Origin: an uncultured Bacteroidales bacterium
GTDB taxonomy: Bacteria; Bacteroidota; Bacteroidia; Bacteroidales; VadinHA17
Length of the DNA stretch: 64,000 nucleotides
NCBI GenBank assembly: GCA_963789985.1
Contig: CAWBNA010000019.1
Location: 198,051 to 262,050, forward strand
Direction: 5' to 3'
This document shows, piece by piece, positions 20,926 through 30,083 of this stretch. The position numbers and the translations under genes were made by a program. Numbering within the stretch: the first letter of the stretch is position 1; each line of letters begins with the position of its first letter. The notes beneath the pieces are model-generated. The model saw nothing but the letters and a program-made list of their open reading frames with translations, was not told where the DNA came from and searched no databases.

Positions 20926-21684
20926 ATGAAATTTATAAACATTCTTCTGTCATGTGTTCTTGTCATCGGACTTGCAACATCATGCGGCTCAAAAGGGAAA
21001 AATGTAAACAAAGAGGCACCGAAGACCGGACAGGCTGCGGCACCGGCTGAAAACTGGAAAGTCCTCTTTGACGGAACATCAACTGCCGGCTGGCGTGCTT
21101 ATGAAAAACCAGCTTTCCCAGAAAAAGGATGGGAGGTTGTAGACGGAACTCTCCATTGCATAGCATCCGGCAATGGAGAAGCCGGAGGACCCGGCGGCGA
21201 TCTCATCTACGACAAGAAGTTCAGTAATTTTGAACTGTCGTGGGAATGGAAAATCGGTCAGGGAGGAAACAGCGGTGTATTCATTCTTGCCCAGGAAATA
21301 CCAAATGAACCAATCTGGAAATCCGGCCTTGAGTATCAGTTACTGGATAATGACCGGCATCCTGATGCTCAGCTTGGAGTAAACGGGAACCGTAAAGCCG
21401 CTTCTTTGTATGATCTTATTCCTGCCAATCCGCAAAACACGAAGCCCGCAGGTGAATGGAACCAGTCAGGGATTTTGTGCTACCAGGGAACGGTCGTCTT
21501 CAAACAGAATGGCGCAAATGTTGTCGAATTCCACCTGTGGACAGATGACTGGAAGAAAATGGTTGCGAATTCCAAGTTTAAAGACTGGGATTGGTTTATT
21601 AACCCTGCTAAAGAAGGTTATATAGGCCTCCAGGATCATGGAAGCGATGTATGGTTCAGAAATCTCAAAATCAGGGAATTGTAA
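20926..21684 (+). CDS. DUF1080 family lipoprotein
   Basis: Lipobox ATSC, LFDG, GGNSGVF, EYQLLD, GEWN, IGLQDHGSDVWFRNLKIREL. Confidence 0.92.
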   Translation: MKFINILLSCVLVIGLATSCGSKGKNVNKEAPKTGQAAAPAENWKVLFDGTSTAGWRAYEKPAFPEKGWEVVDGTLHCIASGNGEAGGPGGDLIYDKKFSNFELSWEWKIGQGGNSGVFILAQEIPNEPIWKSGLEYQLLDNDRHPDAQLGVNGNRKAASLYDLIPANPQNTKPAGEWNQSGILCYQGTVVFKQNGANVVEFHLWTDDWKKMVANSKFKDWDWFINPAKEGYIGLQDHGSDVWFRNLKIREL

Positions 21685-21705
21685 AAATATCCTTAAATTG
21701 TTGTT

Positions 21706-21733
21706 GTAGAGACGTTGCATGCAACGTCTCTAC
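21706..21733. repeat. Perfect 28-bp palindrome GTAGAGACGTTGCATGCAACGTCTCTAC (GTAG-type REP-like element)
   Basis: Exact palindrome starting with GTAG, between convergent genes. Confidence 0.8.
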
Positions 21734-21738
21734 TCATT

Positions 21739-22308
21739 TTACCCCAACCCAATCTCAACCGCTACCTCCCTCATCCCCATAATACAATCCGTGATCAGCT
21801 CATCAAGCGGGATTCCAAGCATTGCTGCGCCTTTTTCAATTACCGCCCTGTCAACCCCTGCTGCAAATCTTTTATCGTTCCACTTTTTCTTAACCGACCG
21901 GACCTCCATATCAAGAACGCTCTTTGAAGGCCTGACCAGGGCACTCGTTGTAACAAGTCCTGTAAGCTCATCAATCGCAAAAAGGGTCTTTTCAAGCTGC
22001 GATACAGGTTCCACGTCTGAAACAATTCCCCATCCGTGACTTACTACTGCCCTTATGTATTCATCAGGCCAGTTGTTGTCCCTTAGAATTCTTTCTGTCA
22101 TTTTACAATGCTGATCAGGATACATCTCATAATCAAGATCATGGACAAGCCCGATAATACCCCATTTTTCAATATCCCCGCCTGCCTTTTTTGCCATGTA
22201 ACGCATAACACCCTCCACTGCGTATGCATGCTTTAAAAGGCTTTCTGTTTTGTTATATTCCTTGAACAGCGCAAGAGCTTGTTCGCGAGTAGGAATTTTT
22301 ACCGTCAT
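21739..22308 (-). CDS. HD/HDIG-superfamily metal-dependent hydrolase
   Basis: LLKHAYAVE, GLVHDLDYE, SHG, AIDELTG. Confidence 0.85.
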   Translation of the reverse strand: MTVKIPTREQALALFKEYNKTESLLKHAYAVEGVMRYMAKKAGGDIEKWGIIGLVHDLDYEMYPDQHCKMTERILRDNNWPDEYIRAVVSHGWGIVSDVEPVSQLEKTLFAIDELTGLVTTSALVRPSKSVLDMEVRSVKKKWNDKRFAAGVDRAVIEKGAAMLGIPLDELITDCIMGMREVAVEIGLG

Positions 22309-22349
22309 AAATTACCGTATGTTTTAATATTTGCAATGGACGATTTTAA

Positions 22350-25300
22350 TTATTGCCTGATTTTTATCAGCGGTACAGCTTTTGTGAAAGTCTTTCCGTT
22401 TACCGTTAGTATATACAGAGAAGGCGACAGATTCCTTGTATCAATTATCATCGGGTTGTCGCCAATAATAATATCCTTATTTAAGATCATGACTCTCTGG
22501 CCTGAAGTATTTAATATTTCAATCCTTACTGTGTTCTGTATTTTTGAGATTATGTCAATATTAACCTCTTCGGTAAAAGGATTGGGATAAGCTTTGATCA
22601 ATTCTGTAGTTTCAGAATTTACCAGACTGATTCTGAGAGTGTCATTCTGATGATAATCATCGTTGTTATTTAATCCATAAACTAACAGATTATAATTCCC
22701 ATTCAGACCAAGATCAGCTTTTTTATCAAATGTCACAGTGAGAGAATCATGGAAGGGCAAAAGAGTGTCCGTGAAGAATTGTGTAACCTGGTCATGGTTG
22801 TTGACTGAGTATCTCAGGTTAAAGCCATTTAATGTGTCACTGCCGAGGTTCATCACTTTAACTTCTACAGGTTCCATGCCATAGTCATCTTTCTGAACCG
22901 GCGAAACAATACTTGCCAGATCCAGGTCGCGGCTTATAAAATTCATCGGCGTAGAGCTGGAAAAATCGATAAGATCAATCCAAGCTGCATCAGCGCCTTG
23001 TGATATCGAATTGTCCTTATTATATACCCATTCCATTTTGTTCAGGCCTTCAGGTACGGCTACCGTTACCTTTTCCCACGATGTTTCTCCGGATTTCCTT
23101 GCAACTTCATTATCGTTAAGATTGAAAGCCAGATAGTCGTAGGTTGGTTCAGACGATACTTTACAGAAGAATTTCAGTGAATCAGGTCCAGGATAAAATG
23201 CCCTTATTATGAGAGAAGAACTTTCGTTATTGCCTATTGCACCGGATTGGGCTGACAGGATACCGTCAATTGAGTTACTGCTGCTTATTATCCACGGTTT
23301 TGAACTGATATTGATCCATGGGAAAACTTTAAAGTTAGATGATTCAAAGCTTTCTCTTACCTTTCCGACCCTGAAAGTGAAGTTATTGTTCACAATAAAC
23401 GGGTCGCAGTCGAGCACGGATGATATTGATATATATTCACCAAATGAAGCCCCGTCTGAAAGCTTTACCGTCACAGGAATACTGGTAGTTTCACCAAACT
23501 GCAGTGTCCCTGATTTGATGCTCTGGTCAAGAACCGCCAGGTCGCTTTCCCCGCTTTCGATTGAAAACTGCCCGGAAGTATTGCTGCTGCCAAGGTTTTT
23601 GACCTGGAAGACAAGGTTAAAAGTTTCCCCGGGCTCGGCAACATTGTCATCATTGCCATATTCGGAATCATCTACACGGCAATTTATTATTTCCAGGGTG
23701 GGAGCGTGGATTGTAATATCCAGCTTATATTTTTTTTCGACCTTACTGTCTTTAAGAGTAAGATCGATCGGAATTATTCCTAGGTCAGGCACATTATCTC
23801 CTATCTTCATTTCGAGAACATTGTTGAGGACAGTTTCTGACTTTGCCGGCAGGTTCCCTATAGTAGTTGAGTCCCTGGTTATTGTAACCCATGATGAGCT
23901 TGAGGCTATTGAAGCTGTAAGATTTGAAGCGTTTGAGAGTCCGAGATTACTGATCCTGAGGTTCAAATCTATCGTCTCACCGTAGTCGACTTTGCCGTTG
24001 TTGTTACCTGAAGCATCACTTAAGCCCTGATCTGCAAGGTTTATGTATTCCCCTGCGACATTTGAAATGTAAACAGTTTTAATCAGTGGCTTCTTGTTTT
24101 GCCCGGTGATGACAACAAGACATGAATCATTTGATAGTCCTGGCATATTTAATGTAACCGAACCTGATGGTCCTGCAAATGAAGCATCCCAAAGAGTGTC
24201 GAAATGGGAAACAGCTACATAGGCATAAGGATCAACCGTAAAAGTTAACGAATTAATTCCATTTGGAAGTGTATCAGGAATTGACACATTAAAAACAGTG
24301 GGATTTCCCATGATTGGAATAACGCTCGGATCGCCAAGCAGCGAGTATGTCTCCCAGTAATATTTCTTTCTTGCTGAAGTTGAAGAGCTTACTGCAAGAT
24401 TACCTGCATAATTGACTTGTCCCATTGTTATGTACCATTCGTCTGGCGATTCCCCGTGAGTATGGAAAAGTCTGTCGTAGGCTCCGAGTCCCGTATCGCT
24501 GTACTTCGGATCATTTCCAGGAATCCCCGCACCTACTGCCCAGTAAAAATCCTCATCCCAGTACGAATCGTTTGTGCATCCGATAAACCCTATAGCCCCT
24601 TTATCACTTGCTGTCACCATCTTGACTCCAAGCGATGTGGTGTCATTGAATTGTGCTGTCCGGCATGCATTGCTTATCACAAAAGGATACATGTTCTTGT
24701 TGTTAAAGGAATTCACATCAGTCGATTTGATGTCGAGATGAAGCCATGCAGATGCAGACCCGTGACCGGTATAATTTATGAATGACAATCCATTGGAAAT
24801 GAGCTCTAATACCGAATCCTTCTGTGTATATCCATCAGGATAGTAAAAATAATAACCATTAATATTATTTGATGCGTTCAGATAGTTTGTAACCGCATAT
24901 TTGATTTGCCCGTTCATGTAATCAGCATAAGTTGCATCCTTTCCTGCGATTGCGAGTGCTCTCCTGTAAAAACTGTCAGAGTCGGCAAACTGGAATTTTT
25001 CATACTGAATCAGCTTTCTGACCATAGATTTTACAGCGCTGGTATCTGAAACTGGTATCCTGCCTATAAACATATCAGGAATATAGTCATCACCCCCGTC
25101 AAATTCCCCGTAATACATGTCGGTCACATTATCATTCCCATAATAAGGAATTTTATTAGCATCACCAATTATTAAAAGATATTCGGGCGGATGCCCTGTT
25201 GCAAGTGAAGCATTGTAAATTTTTGAAATCGATTCCTTTATTTCTGTATAGGTCTTGCCGGCAAGCCCTTGTCCGGCATAAAGAATATCGAGCTTGAAGC

Positions 25301-26123
25301 CTTTTTGCTTTTTCCAGGTGAAAAAAGGCTTGAGAAATTTTGTATATGAAGTGTCAGTCACTATTATCATTTCAACAGGCTGATCAGAAAACCCTGTAAT
25401 CAGGTCGGACGGATAATAATTGATAACCTCTTTATCCAAAGTTTCATTGAAAAGGGCTGATTCAGATCTTGCAGATTTTGACGAAGGTAATGAGTTTCCG
25501 GCGAAGGTTATCGTAATTTTCATCGAGGTTATCACTTCCAGAATGTTCGAATCGGGATTATATCTTACGGGTGAAATTGACAGGTTTGCAATCTGCTTAC
25601 CCCTGACTTTACCTAATTTTTCGACAGTGACGGTATCAGACTTAATAAATCCATGGGTCCTGTAAAGCTTCCTGTCTATTTTAAAATCAGCTTTGGTACT
25701 TTCCTGTTGCTTTGTTTCACTTTCCTGGGCTGGATAAAGTATCCCTTTAAAGTTCTCTTGCGAGGGATTTAATGTAGACGATTTGACTTCTGAAATACTG
25801 GTTTTCAATGAACAGCCTTCGGGGATCATTATTAGCCGGCTGTAAACAGGAAGTTCAGGCTTCCCCGGGTCAGAGGAACGAGAGTGTCCGGGAATGGAAA
25901 TCCTGTAAAATGAACCGTTGAGGCTTGCAAAATTGTCAATATTGATCTCAGAAAATAAATAATTTATGACTACGGACTGTTTATCAGATTGTACACTGAT
26001 TTTCTGCAAATCACCATCAAATCGGTATTTGTGACTTTTTCCTGTCTGACTGAAGGCAGAAATTGAAATAATCAGGAAAAAAATAATTATGTACGCCCTG
26101 CTCCCTTTCCCTAAATACATCAA
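22350..26123 (-). CDS. Peptidase C25 (gingipain-like) with propeptide and T9SS C-terminal domain
   Basis: GKPELP propeptide, YLLIIGD, IGRIP, catalytic GHG and NAC, LLGDPS. C-terminal YPNPF...LYILTV...K sorting domain. Confidence 0.9.
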   Translation of the reverse strand: MMYLGKGSRAYIIIFFLIISISAFSQTGKSHKYRFDGDLQKISVQSDKQSVVINYLFSEINIDNFASLNGSFYRISIPGHSRSSDPGKPELPVYSRLIMIPEGCSLKTSISEVKSSTLNPSQENFKGILYPAQESETKQQESTKADFKIDRKLYRTHGFIKSDTVTVEKLGKVRGKQIANLSISPVRYNPDSNILEVITSMKITITFAGNSLPSSKSARSESALFNETLDKEVINYYPSDLITGFSDQPVEMIIVTDTSYTKFLKPFFTWKKQKGFKLDILYAGQGLAGKTYTEIKESISKIYNASLATGHPPEYLLIIGDANKIPYYGNDNVTDMYYGEFDGGDDYIPDMFIGRIPVSDTSAVKSMVRKLIQYEKFQFADSDSFYRRALAIAGKDATYADYMNGQIKYAVTNYLNASNNINGYYFYYPDGYTQKDSVLELISNGLSFINYTGHGSASAWLHLDIKSTDVNSFNNKNMYPFVISNACRTAQFNDTTSLGVKMVTASDKGAIGFIGCTNDSYWDEDFYWAVGAGIPGNDPKYSDTGLGAYDRLFHTHGESPDEWYITMGQVNYAGNLAVSSSTSARKKYYWETYSLLGDPSVIPIMGNPTVFNVSIPDTLPNGINSLTFTVDPYAYVAVSHFDTLWDASFAGPSGSVTLNMPGLSNDSCLVVITGQNKKPLIKTVYISNVAGEYINLADQGLSDASGNNNGKVDYGETIDLNLRISNLGLSNASNLTASIASSSSWVTITRDSTTIGNLPAKSETVLNNVLEMKIGDNVPDLGIIPIDLTLKDSKVEKKYKLDITIHAPTLEIINCRVDDSEYGNDDNVAEPGETFNLVFQVKNLGSSNTSGQFSIESGESDLAVLDQSIKSGTLQFGETTSIPVTVKLSDGASFGEYISISSVLDCDPFIVNNNFTFRVGKVRESFESSNFKVFPWINISSKPWIISSSNSIDGILSAQSGAIGNNESSSLIIRAFYPGPDSLKFFCKVSSEPTYDYLAFNLNDNEVARKSGETSWEKVTVAVPEGLNKMEWVYNKDNSISQGADAAWIDLIDFSSSTPMNFISRDLDLASIVSPVQKDDYGMEPVEVKVMNLGSDTLNGFNLRYSVNNHDQVTQFFTDTLLPFHDSLTVTFDKKADLGLNGNYNLLVYGLNNNDDYHQNDTLRISLVNSETTELIKAYPNPFTEEVNIDIISKIQNTVRIEILNTSGQRVMILNKDIIIGDNPMIIDTRNLSPSLYILTVNGKTFTKAVPLIKIRQ

Positions 26124-26329
26124 TATTAATTAATTGACACTGGACCCTAAATTCTGCGTGAAAGATATTCAAAATCTTCCAAATCTTAACAGAGGCCATG
26201 ACTAAAATTTAAACAAACCTCTTTCAATATTGACAAACTTCAGATCAGATGCAGCGGAATTTAAGTAAAAGCATAATTTTGTATTATTGAATTGTTTCAA
26301 CTTACTTGTCAGGTTTTAATATTAATAAG

Positions 26330-27058
26330 ATGAAAAAGATTTATTTAACCTTAATAATTATTACAATGACTGCTCCTGTTTTTTCCCAGACTCTGCCGGA
26401 ATATGATAAAATCATTACTTCAGCAGGTGAAGTCGAAATGTACTTTATAGGTCATGCGTCCCTTATGTTTAAAGTGAACGATTTCGTCATTCATATTGAT
26501 CCTGTTAAAAGCTATGGTAATTATGAAAACCTTCCAAAAGCTGACCTGATACTCGTGACTCATGAGCATTACGACCACCTCGATCCTGCTCTTATTGCTA
26601 ATCTCAGGAAGCCTTCCACCATTATGTTCTGCAATTCTGCCTCAGCTTCCAAAGTATCTTGGGCCCAGGTTATGAAACAGGGTGATACCAAAACCGTGAA
26701 CGGAATTAAAATTGAAGCAGTCCCTGCCTACAACATTATAAATGAACGGTCAAAAGGTCAGCCATTCCACCCTAAAGGAGTGGGCAATGGATATGTCCTC
26801 ACAATAGGTGATAAAAAGTTTTACATAGCCGGAGATACTGAAAATACGCCGGAAATGAAAGCGCTCAAGGGTATTGATGTTGCATTTCTGCCGATGAATC
26901 TTCCCTATACAATGACTCCGGCTATGGTTGCTGACGGAGCAAAGGCATTTAGGCCAAAAATATTATACCCGTATCATTATGGCGATACAAACCCTGATGA
27001 GCTTGTAAACCTTCTTAAAGGATCAGGGATAGACGTCAGGATCAGAAAATTAAGGTAA
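26330..27058 (+). CDS. MBL-fold metallo-hydrolase with signal peptide
   Basis: GHAS, THEHYDH, AGDT, LPMNLPYTM, YPYHY. ATG 26330 preferred over TTG 26306. TAATTTTG box at 26274-26281. Confidence 0.88.
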   Translation: MKKIYLTLIIITMTAPVFSQTLPEYDKIITSAGEVEMYFIGHASLMFKVNDFVIHIDPVKSYGNYENLPKADLILVTHEHYDHLDPALIANLRKPSTIMFCNSASASKVSWAQVMKQGDTKTVNGIKIEAVPAYNIINERSKGQPFHPKGVGNGYVLTIGDKKFYIAGDTENTPEMKALKGIDVAFLPMNLPYTMTPAMVADGAKAFRPKILYPYHYGDTNPDELVNLLKGSGIDVRIRKLR

Positions 27059-27165
27059 ATGGTCCTTTGAAAGATAAAAAAGAGAATTCCTTTGTACTGG
27101 CATTTGACCGGTTTTTATTCAGGAAATTTTTTGGTCAGGATTTCATTTTTACAAAATACCCGGCA

Positions 27166-28011
27166 ATGAAAAACAAAACACTCTTCTTTCTGATTTTTTG
27201 CTTCGCGTCATTGATCTCAAATTCCCAGGATATAAAATTCCCGGCTTTGCACGGGTTTAAGATCAAATCAAATTATCCGGTATATGTGAGGGATAATCTT
27301 TGGGACTTTATTGACGGGGCTGCAGATACTTATCTTTCTTACGGATTTATAGATGTTCATGTCGCGGAATACAAAAAAGGCAAACAGGTTATAAAAGCTG
27401 AGATATACCGTCATACTGACAACACAATGGCTTTTGGCATTTATTCTTCGGAAAGGTCGCCTTCATTTCATTTTGTGAACATAGGCACACAGGGATATAT
27501 TGAAGATGGTGTTGTTAACTTCTTTAAGGGGAATTACTATGTCAAGATCAGAACATACTCCGATAAGGCATCAGTTCTGCATGCAACCGAAACACTGGCC
27601 GGTGAAATAGCATCTACACTTGTCGGAAATACTGAAATGCCATCCATGCTTGCCTTATTTCCACAGGAAGGTAAAAAAGCAAATGAAGAGACTTACATAA
27701 GTGAAAGCGTTCTTGGTCACAGTTTCCTGTCAAATGCCTTTAAGGCCAACTATCAGGCAGGTAATGATAATTTTTCTGTGTATATCCTCGAGGACACTGC
27801 TCCTGAAGCAAGCCGGAAAACAGTAGAGGATTATTGCGCAGCCACAGGGATTGATGTTGTTGATGCAGGTGATGGAAAATATGTATTGTCCGACGGATAT
27901 AACGGGAAAATATTCCTTGCGTGGAAAAACAATATCATTGTTATCATCTCAGGGCTGGCGAAGGATCAGGCTGACATAGCAAATAAATACTCCTCGGAAA
28001 TTCTGAAATAA
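27166..28011 (+). CDS. Secreted hypothetical protein (DUF6599-like)
   Basis: Signal peptide from in-frame ATG 27166. LWDFIDGAADTYLSYGF, AFGIYSSER, KGNYYVKI. Confidence 0.6.
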   Translation: MKNKTLFFLIFCFASLISNSQDIKFPALHGFKIKSNYPVYVRDNLWDFIDGAADTYLSYGFIDVHVAEYKKGKQVIKAEIYRHTDNTMAFGIYSSERSPSFHFVNIGTQGYIEDGVVNFFKGNYYVKIRTYSDKASVLHATETLAGEIASTLVGNTEMPSMLALFPQEGKKANEETYISESVLGHSFLSNAFKANYQAGNDNFSVYILEDTAPEASRKTVEDYCAATGIDVVDAGDGKYVLSDGYNGKIFLAWKNNIIVIISGLAKDQADIANKYSSEILK

Positions 28012-28067
28012 GATTGATTTACCTGCTGATCTGAAAAAAGTAATCAATATTTTCCCCCGATACCACG

Positions 28068-28682
28068 TCATACGGCATCAAGGTTCATGATTTCCATAAT
28101 CAGATGCTCAAGCTGAGAATAGGAATTAACAACCCTTATGTCTTTGTTATCCTCAATAACGTTCTGAGGTGGTTTATAAAGAATGCCGAACTCAGCCTGA
28201 CGAAGCATTGAAATGTCATTATATGAATCACCCACGGCAATAACTTTATAATTCAGACTTTGCATTGCTTCCACCACTTTTCTCTTGGCGTCAGGCTGAC
28301 GTAAATTAAAGTCAGTTATGTTGCCATTCCTGTCAATTGTAAGATGGTGGCAAAACAGGACAGGCCAGTTCATTTTCTCAAGCAGCGGATCGGCAAATTC
28401 CCTGAAGGTGTCTGAAACCACAATTAACTGTGCTATACCATGAAGCCATCTGATAAATTCCATTGCGCCCGGCATTAATTCAATAAGCGAAATTACTTTC
28501 TGGATATCGTTTATCGTAATTCCGTGCTGCTGCAGAATTTCAAGCCTTCTTTTCATCAGGGTATTGTAGTCACTTATATCGCGCGTAGTCAGTTTCAGTT
28601 CATCAATACCCGTCCATCTTGCGACGTTTATCCAAACTTCAGGAACAAGCACTCCTTCCAGGTCGCTGCAAACTATGTACAT
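28068..28682 (-). CDS. thrH: Bifunctional phosphoserine phosphatase/homoserine phosphotransferase
   Basis: DLEGVLVPEVW, TTRDISDY, SDTF, GDSYNDISML (HAD family, ThrH signature). Confidence 0.92.
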   Translation of the reverse strand: MYIVCSDLEGVLVPEVWINVARWTGIDELKLTTRDISDYNTLMKRRLEILQQHGITINDIQKVISLIELMPGAMEFIRWLHGIAQLIVVSDTFREFADPLLEKMNWPVLFCHHLTIDRNGNITDFNLRQPDAKRKVVEAMQSLNYKVIAVGDSYNDISMLRQAEFGILYKPPQNVIEDNKDIRVVNSYSQLEHLIMEIMNLDAV

Positions 28683-28707
28683 TTTCAGACTCTGTTAAGT
28701 TTAATTA

Positions 28708-30075
28708 TTAATAATTCTGTTTAATGAAGTTTTTAAATGCTTCAAAATCGTTTTCTAAAGATATGTATTCTTCTCCGGCTGACTCAACCACAGCAAGAGA
28801 ATCAGGAAGAGAAGGAGATATGTTTAATATTCCTTTTATTTCCTCCCTGAATTTTCCGGGATGAGCAGTCTCCAGTGAAATACAGGAAACGGATTCGTTT
28901 CCCTTCTTTTGTTCCTGTCTGAGGTATTGGTCTAATCCCTTCCATGCCACTGCTCCGTGCGGCTCCACTACTATCCCGAAATCCCTGTAGCATTTTGCAA
29001 TTGTCTCTTCTGTTTCCTGATCTGTAATGCTTACGGCAAAAAGTTCTTTGCGCATTCTTTCAATGTCAGGTTTCCTGGAAATATTACCTTTCTCATCCAT
29101 TAAACCGCCATATAATGCAATGATCCTTGACAAATTGCTCGGATGCCCGACATTCATGGCGTTTGAAATACAGTTTTTGGACGGATAAACAGGCCGGTAA
29201 ACTCCGGATTTCAGGTATTCCGGCACTTCATTATTCTCATTTGTGGAAATTACAAAACATTTAACCGGAAGCCCCATTTCCCTTGCTATTATACCCCCGG
29301 TAATGTTCCCGAAATTTCCGCTGGGAACACTGAATACCACCTTCTGGTCATTATTAGCAGTTACCCTGGCCCAGGCCCAGAAATAGTAAACTGACTGTGG
29401 AAGAAGCCTGCCGATGTTTATGGAATTTGCTGAAGAAAGATTAAGCCCTCTAAGAGACTCGTCCATAAAAGCTTTTTTTGCAAGGTTCTGACAGTCATCG
29501 AATTTCCCGTCTATTGCAATAGCTTTTATATTACCGCGCAGAGTTGTCATCTGCTTCCTCTGAAGCGGAGAAATCTCACCTTCGGGATAAAGTATTATTA
29601 CATTTATGTTTTTTAGTCCATAAAATGCATTGGCGACAGCCCCACCTGTATCTCCGGATGTAGCTGTCAATATTGTCAGAAATCTGTTTTCTGTATTGAG
29701 GAAGTGCTGCATCATTCTTCCCATGAGCAAAGCTGCAAAATCCTTGAATGAGGCTGTCGGACCACGGTCAAGCCGCATTATGTATTTATTTTCATGAACA
29801 TTTTCAATTACGATCGGGAAATCATAAGAATCCTTGCAAATGGCCAGAAGGTCATTTTTACTTATCTCACCGCCAATAAATAAATTCATAACCTCTGCCG
29901 CCATCTCCGGATATGTTTCAGAGCGCATGGATTCAAGAGTTTCCGGTCGGGCTTCAGGTATAAAACAAGGCATGTATAATCCTCCGTCAGGAGCAAGACC
30001 GTTGAGAAGCGCCTCTCTGAAGGTAACATGATGAGCCCTGAGATTTGTGGAATAATATTTTAATTCTGCCTCCAA
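28708..30075 (-). CDS. thrC: Threonine synthase
   Basis: GLAPDGGLY, GPTASFKD, ATSGDTG, SANSINIGRL, VPSGNFGN, ETAHPGKF. Confidence 0.96.
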   Translation of the reverse strand: MEAELKYYSTNLRAHHVTFREALLNGLAPDGGLYMPCFIPEARPETLESMRSETYPEMAAEVMNLFIGGEISKNDLLAICKDSYDFPIVIENVHENKYIMRLDRGPTASFKDFAALLMGRMMQHFLNTENRFLTILTATSGDTGGAVANAFYGLKNINVIILYPEGEISPLQRKQMTTLRGNIKAIAIDGKFDDCQNLAKKAFMDESLRGLNLSSANSINIGRLLPQSVYYFWAWARVTANNDQKVVFSVPSGNFGNITGGIIAREMGLPVKCFVISTNENNEVPEYLKSGVYRPVYPSKNCISNAMNVGHPSNLSRIIALYGGLMDEKGNISRKPDIERMRKELFAVSITDQETEETIAKCYRDFGIVVEPHGAVAWKGLDQYLRQEQKKGNESVSCISLETAHPGKFREEIKGILNISPSLPDSLAVVESAGEEYISLENDFEAFKNFIKQNY

Positions 30076-30083
30076 TTTTCCTT

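Noticed and set aside
21715-22039. Short plus-strand ORFs starting within the palindrome
   Set aside because: Antisense to the HD hydrolase; the start codons arise from the palindrome.
23209-23985. 258-aa plus-strand ORF
   Set aside because: Antisense to the C25 peptidase; codon-mirror artefact.
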